Shown one piece after another: positions 9,849-19,541 of a stretch of 64,000 nt of DNA. How positions within the stretch are numbered: the stretch's first letter is position 1; each line of letters begins with the position of its first letter. The position numbers and the translations under genes were made by a program. The DNA lies in contig JBDRCX010000003.1 in assembly GCA_043821365.1 (NCBI GenBank), positions 61,727 through 125,726 of the forward strand, in the 5' to 3' direction. Below the pieces are notes generated by a model, which was given only the letters and a program-made list of their open reading frames with translations, was not told the DNA's origin and did not search any database. This DNA comes from Candidatus Micrarchaeota archaeon. GTDB lineage: Archaea; Micrarchaeota; Micrarchaeia; Anstonellales; Bilamarchaeaceae.

Positions 9849-11024
9849 TCATATCATATCTACTAACATCAGATCAGGATCTTCAAGATGCTTCATAACT
9901 TCATTCATAAACTCTGTTGCTTTTGCCCCATCATTTACCCTATGATCAAAACATAATGAAATCCCCATAACTTTTCTTGCTTTTATCTTTTCTTTTATCA
10001 CTAATGGCATGTCTTTTATTCTATGAACTCCCATGATTGCAACTTCAGGCGGATTGATTATTGGTGTTGAATACATGCCACCAACACTACCAACATTTGT
10101 TATGGTAAAAGTTCCACCTTTTATTTCTTCTAATTTTATTTTTCTTTCTCTTGCAGCTACTGCCAAATGCTCTATCTCTTGTGCAATTTCCACTATTGAT
10201 TTTTTGTCTATATTCTTGATTACTGGAACCATTAGTCCATCTGGAGTTTCAACTGCAATTCCAATGTTAAGTTGCTTTTTTACTATTATTTTTTCATTAT
10301 CAAAATGTGCATTGAACTCAGGAAATTTGTGGAGTGCTATCCCACATGCCTTTACAATAAAAGGCAAATAGGTTAATTTTACTCCTCTTGCTTCAATTAC
10401 TTTTTTTTCTTTTTCCCTTAATTCAGTTAATTTTGTTACATCAACATAGTCCATTCCACATGCATGTGGTATGTGTGTTTTTGAATAAAGCATTCTTTCA
10501 GATATGACTTTTCTCATATGACTTAATTCGATTATTATATCTCCTTCTTCAGTTTTTAGTTCTGGAGTTTTTTCAATTACTTTTGGTACACTGGTTGGTC
10601 CATTTCTTACATCATCTTCGGTTATTCTTCCTGCTGTTCCTGTTCCATGTATTTCGCTAAGATTGACTCCAAGTTCTCTTGCTAGTTTTCTTACTGATGG
10701 AGTTGCCAGAGCATGTTCAGCATGTGTTTCTGTAATTGGTTGGGTTTCAGTTCTAATTATCTCTTCTTTAAGCTCGATCTTCTCTCCTTGTTCCCCAACA
10801 ACTACTAAAACCTGACCAACTTTTATTCCATCTCCTTCTTTGAAATTTAATTTTAGTATTGTTCCAGTAAATGGTGATGGTAACTCAACCACTGCTTTGT
10901 CAGTTTCGACCTCGGCTAGAATTTGATCTGCTTTAACAGAATCCCCTTCCTTTACTCTCCATTTTACCAATACACCTTCATGTATTCCTTCGCCAACATC
11001 AGGAAATCTAAATTCAGATGCCAT
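9849..11024 (-). CDS. pdhC: Dihydrolipoamide acyltransferase (E2)
   Basis: Lipoyl domain VETDKA, ATPSVRKLARELGV subunit-binding domain, FDHRVNDGA catalytic motif. Confidence 0.93.
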   Translation of the reverse strand: MASEFRFPDVGEGIHEGVLVKWRVKEGDSVKADQILAEVETDKAVVELPSPFTGTILKLNFKEGDGIKVGQVLVVVGEQGEKIELKEEIIRTETQPITETHAEHALATPSVRKLARELGVNLSEIHGTGTAGRITEDDVRNGPTSVPKVIEKTPELKTEEGDIIIELSHMRKVISERMLYSKTHIPHACGMDYVDVTKLTELREKEKKVIEARGVKLTYLPFIVKACGIALHKFPEFNAHFDNEKIIVKKQLNIGIAVETPDGLMVPVIKNIDKKSIVEIAQEIEHLAVAARERKIKLEEIKGGTFTITNVGSVGGMYSTPIINPPEVAIMGVHRIKDMPLVIKEKIKARKVMGISLCFDHRVNDGAKATEFMNEVMKHLEDPDLMLVDMI

Positions 11025-11034
11025 AATAACAACC

Positions 11035-12018
11035 TTAAAATTTGACAGTTTCTAAAATTCCTTTTATTATTCTTTTTTTATCAGGAAAATAATAGTCCTC
11101 TTGTTTTGGGTATGGTATTTGTATATCCCAACCAGTTACTCTTTTTATTGGTGCTTCTAAACTTAGAAAAGAATTTTCCATAATTCTTGTTGCTATCTCA
11201 GCTCCAAAACCCATTGTCTTACTTGCTTCATGGACAATTATCGCTCTTCCTGTTTTTTTCACTGATTTTGTTATTGTTTCCCAATCGCATGGTGCAAGTG
11301 TTCTGAGGTCAACATGTTCTACTGAAATTCCTTGTTTTTCAATTTCTTCAACTGCATCTTTGCTAACAAAAGTCATTGCTCCCCATGATATTAATGTTAT
11401 ATCTTTTCCTTCTTTGATTATATTTGCTTTACCGATTTCAATGGAATATTCCTCTTCTGGTACTTCTTCTTTGAATGCTCGGTAAAGTCTTTTTGGTTCG
11501 AAAAATAATACTGTGTCTTCATCTTTGAGTGCAGATGCAAGAAGTCCTTTTGCATCATATGGTGATGATGGATAAACTACTTTCAAACCAGGTATGTGTA
11601 AGTAGATAGCCTCCAAACTTTCTCCATGGTGTTCTAGTGCCCTTATTCCTCCACTACATGGCAATCGTATTGTCATTGGTACAGTAATCTGCCCTCTAGT
11701 TCGATTTCTTAATCTTGCTGCATGTTGGACAATCTGGTGATATGCATTATATTCAAAACCTTGAAATTGGATTTCAGGAACTGGTCTAAGTCCCATTGCA
11801 GCCATACCTATTGCAACTCCTATAATTCCTGATTCTGATAGTGGAGTATCAATTACTCTTTCTCTACCAAATTTAGTGTAAAGTCCGTCTGTTACTCTAA
11901 AAACTCCCCCATCAACTCCAACATCTTCCCCGAGTACAACTATGTTTTTGTCTCTTTCCATCTCTTGCTTTAAGCACATGTTAATAGCGTCAACCATATT
12001 CATTTTCATTGGAAACAC
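11035..12018 (-). CDS. pdhB: 2-oxoacid (pyruvate) dehydrogenase E1 beta
   Basis: GEDVGVDGGVFRVT, DTPLSESG, EHHGES, FEPKRLY. Confidence 0.93.
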   Translation of the reverse strand: MFPMKMNMVDAINMCLKQEMERDKNIVVLGEDVGVDGGVFRVTDGLYTKFGRERVIDTPLSESGIIGVAIGMAAMGLRPVPEIQFQGFEYNAYHQIVQHAARLRNRTRGQITVPMTIRLPCSGGIRALEHHGESLEAIYLHIPGLKVVYPSSPYDAKGLLASALKDEDTVLFFEPKRLYRAFKEEVPEEEYSIEIGKANIIKEGKDITLISWGAMTFVSKDAVEEIEKQGISVEHVDLRTLAPCDWETITKSVKKTGRAIIVHEASKTMGFGAEIATRIMENSFLSLEAPIKRVTGWDIQIPYPKQEDYYFPDKKRIIKGILETVKF

Positions 12019-13064
12019 TCCCCCATTTGCTCTTGCAAGTCTTTAGTCATTTTTGAATATAAAAATTTGAACATGTCCTTTGGATCCTGTTTGAATGATT
12101 CTGCTTTTACAACTGCATCCTCAACTATTTTTACTGCCCAATCACCAACTTCTTTTTCATGTTGTTCATTCCACAATCCTTTTTTGTTCATGTAAAGTTT
12201 TAGTCTTTTGATTGGGTCTCTGTCTCTCCAATATGCTAGGTCAGTTTCTGGCCTATACTTTTTTGGATCATCTGCTGTTGTGTGCGCTCCCATTCTGTAC
12301 GTTATTGCTTCAATTAAAATCGGACCTTTTCCGTTTTTTGCATTTTCAATTGATTCTTTCACTGTTTTGTAAACAGAAACAACATCATTACCATCTATTT
12401 GGATTCCTTTGAAACCATAAGCAAGTGCTTTTTGGGCAATAGTTTCTGATTTAGTTTGCCATTTTCTTGGAACTGATATTGCCCATTGATTATTTGATAT
12501 TAGAAAAACACAAGGTGCATTTAGTACGCCTGCAAAGTTTAATGCATCGTGGAAATCCCCTTCACTTGTTGATCCGTCTCCACCGCATACAACTACTGCT
12601 GCTTTTTCACCTTTCATTTTTAGTGCATGCGCAGCACCAACTGCGTGAGTGTACTGTGTTCCTATTGGTATGGCATGCGGAAATGATTTTACATTTTTAT
12701 CTAATTTTAAACCATCTTCAATTCCCATCCAACCAATGTTTATTGTTTCCAACGGTACTCCTCGTATGTAATAGCCAAAACTTTCTCTATAAGTTGGAAA
12801 AAACCAATCATCCTTTTCCATTGCAAGTGTAATTCCAACTGAAATTGCTTCCTGGCCTTCAAGTGGAGGGTAAGTGTACATTCTTCCGGTTCTTTGCAAT
12901 GCTATACATTTTTTATCCCATATTCTAGCAAGATACATTAATCGATACATTTTGTCTAATAATTCGTTTGATAGTTTAGGATCAAGACTTTCATCACTAT
13001 TACCTTCTTTATCTATAATTTGTAAGTAGTCGACACTACCTTCAAATACTTTTTGAATAGACAT
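12006..13064 (-). CDS. pdhA: 2-oxoacid (pyruvate) dehydrogenase E1 alpha
   Basis: GQEA, FPTYRE, TPP motif GDGSTSEGDFH...NN, YRMGAHTTADDP; substrate specificity inferred. Confidence 0.9.
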   Translation of the reverse strand: MSIQKVFEGSVDYLQIIDKEGNSDESLDPKLSNELLDKMYRLMYLARIWDKKCIALQRTGRMYTYPPLEGQEAISVGITLAMEKDDWFFPTYRESFGYYIRGVPLETINIGWMGIEDGLKLDKNVKSFPHAIPIGTQYTHAVGAAHALKMKGEKAAVVVCGGDGSTSEGDFHDALNFAGVLNAPCVFLISNNQWAISVPRKWQTKSETIAQKALAYGFKGIQIDGNDVVSVYKTVKESIENAKNGKGPILIEAITYRMGAHTTADDPKKYRPETDLAYWRDRDPIKRLKLYMNKKGLWNEQHEKEVGDWAVKIVEDAVVKAESFKQDPKDMFKFLYSKMTKDLQEQMGECFQ

Positions 13065-13196
13065 AGTAAACTAACAGAAGTAAATTTAATAAAGGAATTT
13101 TTATGTGGCTTGTTTGGTTTTTATAAATAAAAAATGGGACAATTGAATTTTGTTCAATGGTCCAACATTTTATCAGAATAAAATGGGGTCACTGAG

Positions 13197-13551
13197 AATT
13201 TCACTCGCATCGCTCGTGAAAAAATCGCCGAGCGATCGGCGAAGATTTGAATTTCTGAAGCTTTTTTTACTTGGTTTTTGCCAAGCTTTTTCCAAAAAAG
13301 CTTGCTCAGATCACCGCCTTTTCCGCCCACCTTTTGGTAAAAGGTGGATCAAAACTTGTTGTTGATTTTCGCTGCGCGAAAATAAGCGTACTCAAAACCG
13401 CGTAGCGGTTTTCAACCGTAAGTTTTTGATCCAAACTTTTTTCCAAAAAGTTTGGCCCGAAGGCGATAGTCTACCAGGTTAGCCCATGACCCCATGAACG
13501 TAAGTGAATGGGGCATTCAAGAAATAACAGTTTCTTGTACATGACCCCATG
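13197..13551. repeat. Intergenic cluster of at least 8 REP-like hairpins
   Basis: TTTCAC..GTGAAA 13199-13221, TCGCCGA-GCGA-TCGGCGA 13225-13242, CAAGCTTTT..AAAAGCTTG 13282-13304, CCACCTTTT-GGT-AAAAGGTGG 13327-13347, ATTTTCGC-TGC-GCGAAAAT 13365-13383, AAAACCGC-GTA-GCGGTTTT 13394-13412, CCAAACTTTT..AAAAGTTTGG 13431-13455, CCCCAT..ATGGGG 13490-13513. Confidence 0.85.
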
Positions 13552-13610
13552 CAATATGTTAGGAGGTTAGTTATGCTAACTTATTTAAACTTAGGCAACA
13601 TTCTAATTTT

Positions 13611-16310
13611 ATGAAATTTACATATCTTGCTTTGGTATTGTTATTGTTGTCAACTGCCTATGCTGTTAATGTTTCGTTATGTCAGAAAATAGACACTCCT
13701 GGTGAATATGTTGTTAATGAGTCACTCTCAGGTGTATCTCCATATGTGCCACCACCATTTGATGTGGATGTTTGTATATGGATTAATGTATCTAATGTTG
13801 ATTTCGATTGCAATGGTTCTACTATGACTGGTCCGGATGATTATATTGCAGTTGTTATTTATAGTCAATCGGAACAACTATCTAATGTTACAATTAGAAA
13901 TTGTGATATTTCTGATTATGATTATGCATCTCATTCATATAATTCAACTGTCACTTATATCAATAATAATGTGAGTAGTGTTATTTCGGGTGGATTCTAT
14001 TCAGAATATTCCAACTCAACATATATTGATAATCGTGTTAATGACGCAGTAGGGTATGGTTTTTACTCTGACACCTCTGAGGTTACTTACTTAGATAATA
14101 GTGTTAACGATACTGGGATAACCGGTTTTTATCTTCTAGCTTCAAATTCAACATTTACTGGAAACAATGCGAGTTACTGTGGAAATCATGGATTCTATAC
14201 CTATGGTTATACCTCAACATTTTTCAACAACACTGCAAAAAATAATGCTGAATACGGTTTCTATCTTCAAAATTCAACTACTACTGCCATAAATAATACT
14301 GCGCATGATAATGACAATTCTGGTTTTAGGTCTGAAGATTCTATTTCACTCTTTAGCTATAATGACGCATATTCTAATGATATAGGTTTTATTACTGTAT
14401 ATTCTAATTCTACTTTCATAAACAACACTGCTTTTAACAATATTAATGGTTTTGATTCTCGTTATTCTAATTCTACTTTCATAAACAACACTGCTTTTAA
14501 CAATTCTAATTTTGGGTTTAATCCGTCTGGTTTCTATTCTATAGGATCAAATGATTCGTTTACGAATAACTTTGCTTATGATAACTCTGGCTATGGTTTC
14601 AGATTAGTTGACTCCAATTCTATATATTTACTAACAGACAATTTCGCTAATGGTTCTGAATATGGTTTCGTAATAACAAATTCAAATGCAACATTTACAA
14701 ATAATAATGCCAATAATAATGATTATGGTTTCTTTATCTCTACTTCCTCGAATGCAACATTAACAGATTGTGTTGCATATGCCAATAACATTAATGGAAT
14801 GCGGATTTACAATCCATTTTACACAACTATAACCAATTCTTGGTTCTATTACAACAATCTATCATTCGGTGCAACTACATCTGGAGCAACTTGGCCACTT
14901 GAAATAATCAATAGTAAGTTTGGTTATTCCAGTGTGAATATTTCCATAAATGACGATTTTAATTCTTCATATTATATAAACGAAACTACTTCACCAGGAT
15001 CTCCACCTACGGGATATTCATCATTTAGAAATAAATACATCGCATTGTATGACTTGGATCTTGGCAATTCTGTACTAGATCTTCTTCAATTCCATTGGTC
15101 AGATTCAGAAACAAATGGTTATAATGAATCTTCAATGACTTTATTTGCATGGAATGGCACCAGTTGGATTCTTGTTCCTGATCAATCACTTGATACTGCT
15201 TCAAACACACTTAATGTGACTAATTTCACTTCCATCAATGATCCAAATGTTCTTGGTCTATTTGCTAATACAACATCATCTGGTGGAAACAACAATGGTG
15301 GCCAATCAGATCCAGAACTTTCTATTGAATTTGAAACTGATTGTTTCAATCATACAATAATTGTAACAAGCGGTAATGATCCAGTAGAAAATGCTAAAGT
15401 TGTAGTCAATGGAGATACAATAGGTTATACGGATGAAAACGGTGAAATAGAATTTGAAGGATGCACTGATTCAGTAATAATCCGTGCAACTAAAAGCGGT
15501 TATGATTCAGCATTATATAAGGAAGATTTAGACTGTGATTGCAGCCAAGGAGGCCAAGAACCTGAATGCACTACTGACCAGAACTGTGCATATAATCAAG
15601 AGTGTACAGACAATGTCTGTGAAGACATTGATTGTTCCTGCGGAACAATCCAAGATCATGAATGTGTTTCCTATGAATGCTGTTCAGATTCAGAATGTTC
15701 TACAGGCTATTCATGTGTGTCAAATAACTGTGAACAAACTCCAGAAGATGAATGTTCAACTGATGCAGACTGTGCTGAAACACAATACTGCTCAAACGGA
15801 AGCTGTCTTGATGTAACAGGAACATGTGGTTATGTTGCAAACCATGCATTCGTAGCATATGAATGCGGAACTGATGCAAACTGCCCAACCTGTCCAAATG
15901 GTCTTTGCATCAACAATGAATGTGTTGCAAATGATCTTACTTGTGAAGATGGTTTAGTTGGAAGCACAGCAAATTGTGCAGCAACAGAAGATAATGCTCC
16001 TTGTGCAAACTGTGAATATGAAGTAACAACTCCAGATGGTCAAACTCTAACAGGAACAACAGATGAAAATGGTAACTTTAATCTACCATTAAACCTTGTT
16101 GGTACCTACACAGTTTCACTCATTAAAGGTGGAGTTGAAGTATCTTCAACTGAAGTAACCTCAAGTCAAACTACAGTTGTTGACGATGATAATCCACCAG
16201 TTGTTGGTTCTGATCCAATGCAGTTTATTTTCTTAGCAGTGATTTTGTTGCTAATAGCTGCAATAGTGATATACTGGTATAGTACAAGGGGAAAGAGTAA
16301 GTACAAGTAA
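13611..16310 (+). CDS. Large cell-surface protein: NosD-like right-handed beta-helix, Cys-rich repeats, C-terminal TM anchor
   Basis: Signal peptide, ~22-aa N-x-A-x-xN-xx-GF repeats, many C-x5-C modules, C-terminal FIFLAVILLLIAAIVIYWY followed by basic tail. Confidence 0.8.
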   Translation: MKFTYLALVLLLLSTAYAVNVSLCQKIDTPGEYVVNESLSGVSPYVPPPFDVDVCIWINVSNVDFDCNGSTMTGPDDYIAVVIYSQSEQLSNVTIRNCDISDYDYASHSYNSTVTYINNNVSSVISGGFYSEYSNSTYIDNRVNDAVGYGFYSDTSEVTYLDNSVNDTGITGFYLLASNSTFTGNNASYCGNHGFYTYGYTSTFFNNTAKNNAEYGFYLQNSTTTAINNTAHDNDNSGFRSEDSISLFSYNDAYSNDIGFITVYSNSTFINNTAFNNINGFDSRYSNSTFINNTAFNNSNFGFNPSGFYSIGSNDSFTNNFAYDNSGYGFRLVDSNSIYLLTDNFANGSEYGFVITNSNATFTNNNANNNDYGFFISTSSNATLTDCVAYANNINGMRIYNPFYTTITNSWFYYNNLSFGATTSGATWPLEIINSKFGYSSVNISINDDFNSSYYINETTSPGSPPTGYSSFRNKYIALYDLDLGNSVLDLLQFHWSDSETNGYNESSMTLFAWNGTSWILVPDQSLDTASNTLNVTNFTSINDPNVLGLFANTTSSGGNNNGGQSDPELSIEFETDCFNHTIIVTSGNDPVENAKVVVNGDTIGYTDENGEIEFEGCTDSVIIRATKSGYDSALYKEDLDCDCSQGGQEPECTTDQNCAYNQECTDNVCEDIDCSCGTIQDHECVSYECCSDSECSTGYSCVSNNCEQTPEDECSTDADCAETQYCSNGSCLDVTGTCGYVANHAFVAYECGTDANCPTCPNGLCINNECVANDLTCEDGLVGSTANCAATEDNAPCANCEYEVTTPDGQTLTGTTDENGNFNLPLNLVGTYTVSLIKGGVEVSSTEVTSSQTTVVDDDNPPVVGSDPMQFIFLAVILLLIAAIVIYWYSTRGKSKYK
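14400..14504 (+). repeat. Exact 42-nt direct repeat (period 63 nt) inside the beta-helix coding region
   Basis: TATTCTAATTCTACTTTCATAAACAACACTGCTTTTAACAAT at 14400-14441 and 14463-14504 (YSNSTFINNTAFNN twice). Confidence 0.9.
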
Positions 16311-16323
16311 TTTTTTGTCATTG

Positions 16324-16341
16324 ATGGGGCGATAGCCCCAT
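16324..16341. terminator. Hairpin between convergent genes
   Basis: ATGGGGC-GATA-GCCCCAT, with T-rich runs nearby, between the surface protein gene and pckA. Confidence 0.5.
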
Positions 16342-16345
16342 ATCT

Positions 16346-17842
16346 CTATAGTTTTATTTTTTTATTTAATTTTTTAAATTTCTTCAACCACATTACTCTC
16401 TCTAATTTAAGTTCAGCATTCAGTTTTTCATATTCTTCTTTTGTATAATACTTTTTCCAATCAAATTTCGCTAAATCAATCCCGTTTGCTTTTTCTGGCA
16501 CTAAATATCCCCAAAATTCATCTTTCTTCCATTTTATGCATCCTCTAGCAACATCAACAATAAGGGCAGATGAATCATGGACTGTTATGTTCACACCTTT
16601 CTTTCGTCCCCCCCCAAAATGCCCTGTATTAAGCAAATAACACTCAATTTTGCCTTTTTTTATCATTTTATGAAATCTATTACCTTCCTCATGTTCAGGA
16701 CCAACAATGAATGGATTTGTGCCAACGACCCTAACTGACTTTCCAGCATGTTCAGGATCGCCAGCAGAAGTTTCAATTGATTCTCCAAGCATAAAAAACG
16801 CAGCAGCTTGCTCTGAATTGAGTTTAGCTATTGGTGGGACAATGGTATTCCTTCTTGTAATAAAAATGATAATATTCACTTTTTTCAGATCAATAGACTC
16901 ATCCCAATAGTGCCCAAGTTCTTTTCTAATTACAACTGCGCGACCATTTGAAGTAATTGAAGAATCATGAAACTTAATTTTTCCTTTAGTTACTTTCACA
17001 TTCTCTAGAATCGCTCTTTTACTTGTAACTGCTTTGTAAAGCAGTGGTTCTGTTTTTCTATCTAAATTCTCTGTTTTCATATAAAAATTATCTTCTGTAC
17101 CAGTACATGATCCATCTTGCCAAAGAAAAACAACATCATCCTGTCTTATTACTACTTTTTCACCTTTTTTCTCATTCAACCAGTGGTGGTGACAAGTTAG
17201 AGTTGTTTTTCCAGTTGCACTAAGTCCAAATAATAAAATGCCTCTCTCGATTAGTCTATTTTTCTTATTCCGAACAAATATATCCTTACATCCAGCATGC
17301 AGTCCCAATCCGCCATGCTTCTTTGCATAATACATACCCAAGCGTAAACCCGCTTTTTTCATTTCTCCAGAATAATCAGATCCCAAAGCTATTGTTATGT
17401 AAGATTTAGGATAAACAAGAATTTTCCTTTCAGGCCATTCAGGTACAAACAAAACCTGTATATTTGGTTTTCTTTTTTTAGGTGGAAATAACATCTCATG
17501 CCACATATGGATGACTCTTGCATATTTTTTTGTTATAAAAGACCTGCATGCAAGTTTGTGTTTTGGGTCTAAACACATTGTTCTATCAACCTGAACCAAT
17601 TCCTTTCCTTTCAAATACTTTACAACTTTTTCTAAAGTTTTTTGTTGTTCTTTTGTTGGTTTATCATAAATAATCTCAGTGAATTTTGCACTTCTACTTC
17701 TTACTTTTGTTATGTATGATGGACTGCCAAATTCTGTTATTCTCTCGTCTCTTTTTGCTAATCTTCTCAATTCTTTAGAACTAGGGTTATCAATTACTTT
17801 GGCATTTGAAACTATTTCTTTGAGTGCACGTTCAATTAACAT
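16346..17842 (-). CDS. pckA: Phosphoenolpyruvate carboxykinase (ATP-type)
   Basis: YSGEMKK, LHAGCK, LFGLSATGKTTL (kinase-1a), QDD (kinase-2), SNGRA, YLLNTG. Confidence 0.85.
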   Translation of the reverse strand: MLIERALKEIVSNAKVIDNPSSKELRRLAKRDERITEFGSPSYITKVRSRSAKFTEIIYDKPTKEQQKTLEKVVKYLKGKELVQVDRTMCLDPKHKLACRSFITKKYARVIHMWHEMLFPPKKRKPNIQVLFVPEWPERKILVYPKSYITIALGSDYSGEMKKAGLRLGMYYAKKHGGLGLHAGCKDIFVRNKKNRLIERGILLFGLSATGKTTLTCHHHWLNEKKGEKVVIRQDDVVFLWQDGSCTGTEDNFYMKTENLDRKTEPLLYKAVTSKRAILENVKVTKGKIKFHDSSITSNGRAVVIRKELGHYWDESIDLKKVNIIIFITRRNTIVPPIAKLNSEQAAAFFMLGESIETSAGDPEHAGKSVRVVGTNPFIVGPEHEEGNRFHKMIKKGKIECYLLNTGHFGGGRKKGVNITVHDSSALIVDVARGCIKWKKDEFWGYLVPEKANGIDLAKFDWKKYYTKEEYEKLNAELKLERVMWLKKFKKLNKKIKL

Positions 17843-17892
17843 ACTTCACATTCTACCTGCTTAATTATAAATTTTCTTCACATAGCAATTTT

Positions 17893-18345
17893 ATGCATAT
17901 CAATCCTGGTGCAATTCTGTTTGTACTATTTAGCATGGCATTTTTTCTCGTCGGAATCTACATGGTGTTCAGTGAAGTTTTAATTCAAAAAACATGGCAA
18001 CAAATTCATGCTAATGTTGAATCATCCTATGTAGAATCAGATTATGATCCTGATGGTTCATATTATTGGCCAGTTATTGAATATTCCTATCGTTATAATG
18101 GCAAAAATTATGAAGGTAGTTGTTGCCAGAATAGCTTTTTTGATAATGACGAAGCAGAAGAATTTGTCACTAATACTATTGGTAACGAAAGAATCGAGAT
18201 ATATATCAATCCAAATAACCCATCTGAATCAAGACTAAAAGATGATCTACACCCATTTAATATTGCAAATATGGTTGTTTTGGCAATAGGTGCATTATTA
18301 ACTATTTCGAGTCTTGTACATCTCTATGGCCAATCTGAATTCTAA
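17893..18345 (+). CDS. DUF3592-like membrane protein
   Basis: TM - OB-like (PVIEYSYRYNG...IEIYINPNNPSES) - TM architecture. Confidence 0.7.
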   Translation: MHINPGAILFVLFSMAFFLVGIYMVFSEVLIQKTWQQIHANVESSYVESDYDPDGSYYWPVIEYSYRYNGKNYEGSCCQNSFFDNDEAEEFVTNTIGNERIEIYINPNNPSESRLKDDLHPFNIANMVVLAIGALLTISSLVHLYGQSEF

Positions 18346-19259
18346 TCAACAAAGTCAAGCCATTTGAGGTATTTTTCATCCCTTCCTTTTACTATGTCGA
18401 AAAATTTGTTTCTTATTTTACACGTAATTTTTCCAGGGTGTTTTCCATTTCCAAGTGGTCTTCTATCAACATTAAGCACTGGGGTTATTTCTGCTGCAGT
18501 TCCACATAAAAACAATTCATCTGCAGTGTAAAGTTCATCTCTTAAAATTGATCGTTCTTTTACATTGATTCCTAATCCTCTTGCAATTTTTATCACTGTG
18601 TTTCTTGTTACACCTGCCAGTACACCATCATGAAGTGGTGGGGTCAACAATTCATCATCCCTATAAATGAATAAATTCTCACCAGTTCCTTCAGATACAT
18701 GGCCATCTTGTGAAAGCATAATCGCTTCATCATATCCTGCATTAATTGCATCAACTTTAGCAAGAGCAGAATTCAGGTAATTTGCACTTGCTTTTACATG
18801 TGGGGAAAGTATGTTTGAACTTACTCTTCTCCAACTTGAAATAGTACATCCAATGCCCCTTTCTGCTTTTTTACCAAAATATTTTGAAAAATCAACTGGT
18901 ATTATTGCTAATGAGAATGGCTTATCCAACATATTTATACCAATTGAAGAATAGCCAATATAAGAAATGGGTCGTATGTAACAATTTTTTACTTTATTTT
19001 TCTTTACTAATTCTTTTGTTATTTTGCAAAGATAATCTAGTTTATAATTAATCTTGAATTGGTAGGCCTTTGCCCCTTTGAAAAATCTCTTATAGTGATC
19101 TGTCATTCTAAAAATTGCAGGGCCGTCTGCTGTTTCATAACATCGCATCCCTTCAAATATGGCAGTTCCATAGTGGAGTCCATGGGTTAAAATGTGAATG
19201 TTGGCATCTTTCCAATTTACGAATTTTCCATTCATCCATATTTTGCTGAGTGGTTTCAT
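18342..19259 (-). CDS. ilvE: Branched-chain amino acid aminotransferase
   Basis: LHYGTAIFEG, KASANY, EGTGEN, LAGVTR, GTAAEITP. Confidence 0.93.
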   Translation of the reverse strand: MKPLSKIWMNGKFVNWKDANIHILTHGLHYGTAIFEGMRCYETADGPAIFRMTDHYKRFFKGAKAYQFKINYKLDYLCKITKELVKKNKVKNCYIRPISYIGYSSIGINMLDKPFSLAIIPVDFSKYFGKKAERGIGCTISSWRRVSSNILSPHVKASANYLNSALAKVDAINAGYDEAIMLSQDGHVSEGTGENLFIYRDDELLTPPLHDGVLAGVTRNTVIKIARGLGINVKERSILRDELYTADELFLCGTAAEITPVLNVDRRPLGNGKHPGKITCKIRNKFFDIVKGRDEKYLKWLDFVD

Positions 19260-19310
19260 GCATTTGCTAATCTCTCATTATTTTTAATTATTGTGGATCA
19301 ATCTTTATTT

Positions 19311-19541
19311 ATGAAACCAATTGTTTACTCTACAACAGAATGTCCATGGTGTGTTAAAGTTAAGGAGTTTTTCAAAGAAAATAATGTTGAATATGAGGAG
19401 AGAAACGCTCAGGAAAATCCTAAATACGCAGAAGAACTATTTCAGAAAAGCGGTGGTTATGCAGTTCCAGTTACTGATGTTGGTGGAACAATAATAATTG
19501 GGTTTAATGTAAACAAATTGAAAGAAGCACTAAAACTTTAA
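19311..19541 (+). CDS. Glutaredoxin/NrdH-like redoxin
   Basis: VYSTTECPWC and VPV motifs; start at ATG 19311. Confidence 0.85.
   Translation: MKPIVYSTTECPWCVKVKEFFKENNVEYEERNAQENPKYAEELFQKSGGYAVPVTDVGGTIIIGFNVNKLKEALKL

Noticed and set aside
13150-13365. 71-aa ORF across the hairpin cluster
   Set aside because: Starts at TTG, no motif, composition explained by the palindromes
13197-13551. Possible CRISPR array
   Set aside because: No identical direct repeats at regular spacing, no unique spacers, no cas genes in the window
13573-13614. 13-codon uORF with AGGAGG whose stop overlaps the surface protein ATG
   Set aside because: It spans a TATA-like box (TTATTTAAAC, 13581) that better fits a leaderless promoter; cannot be supported without TSS data
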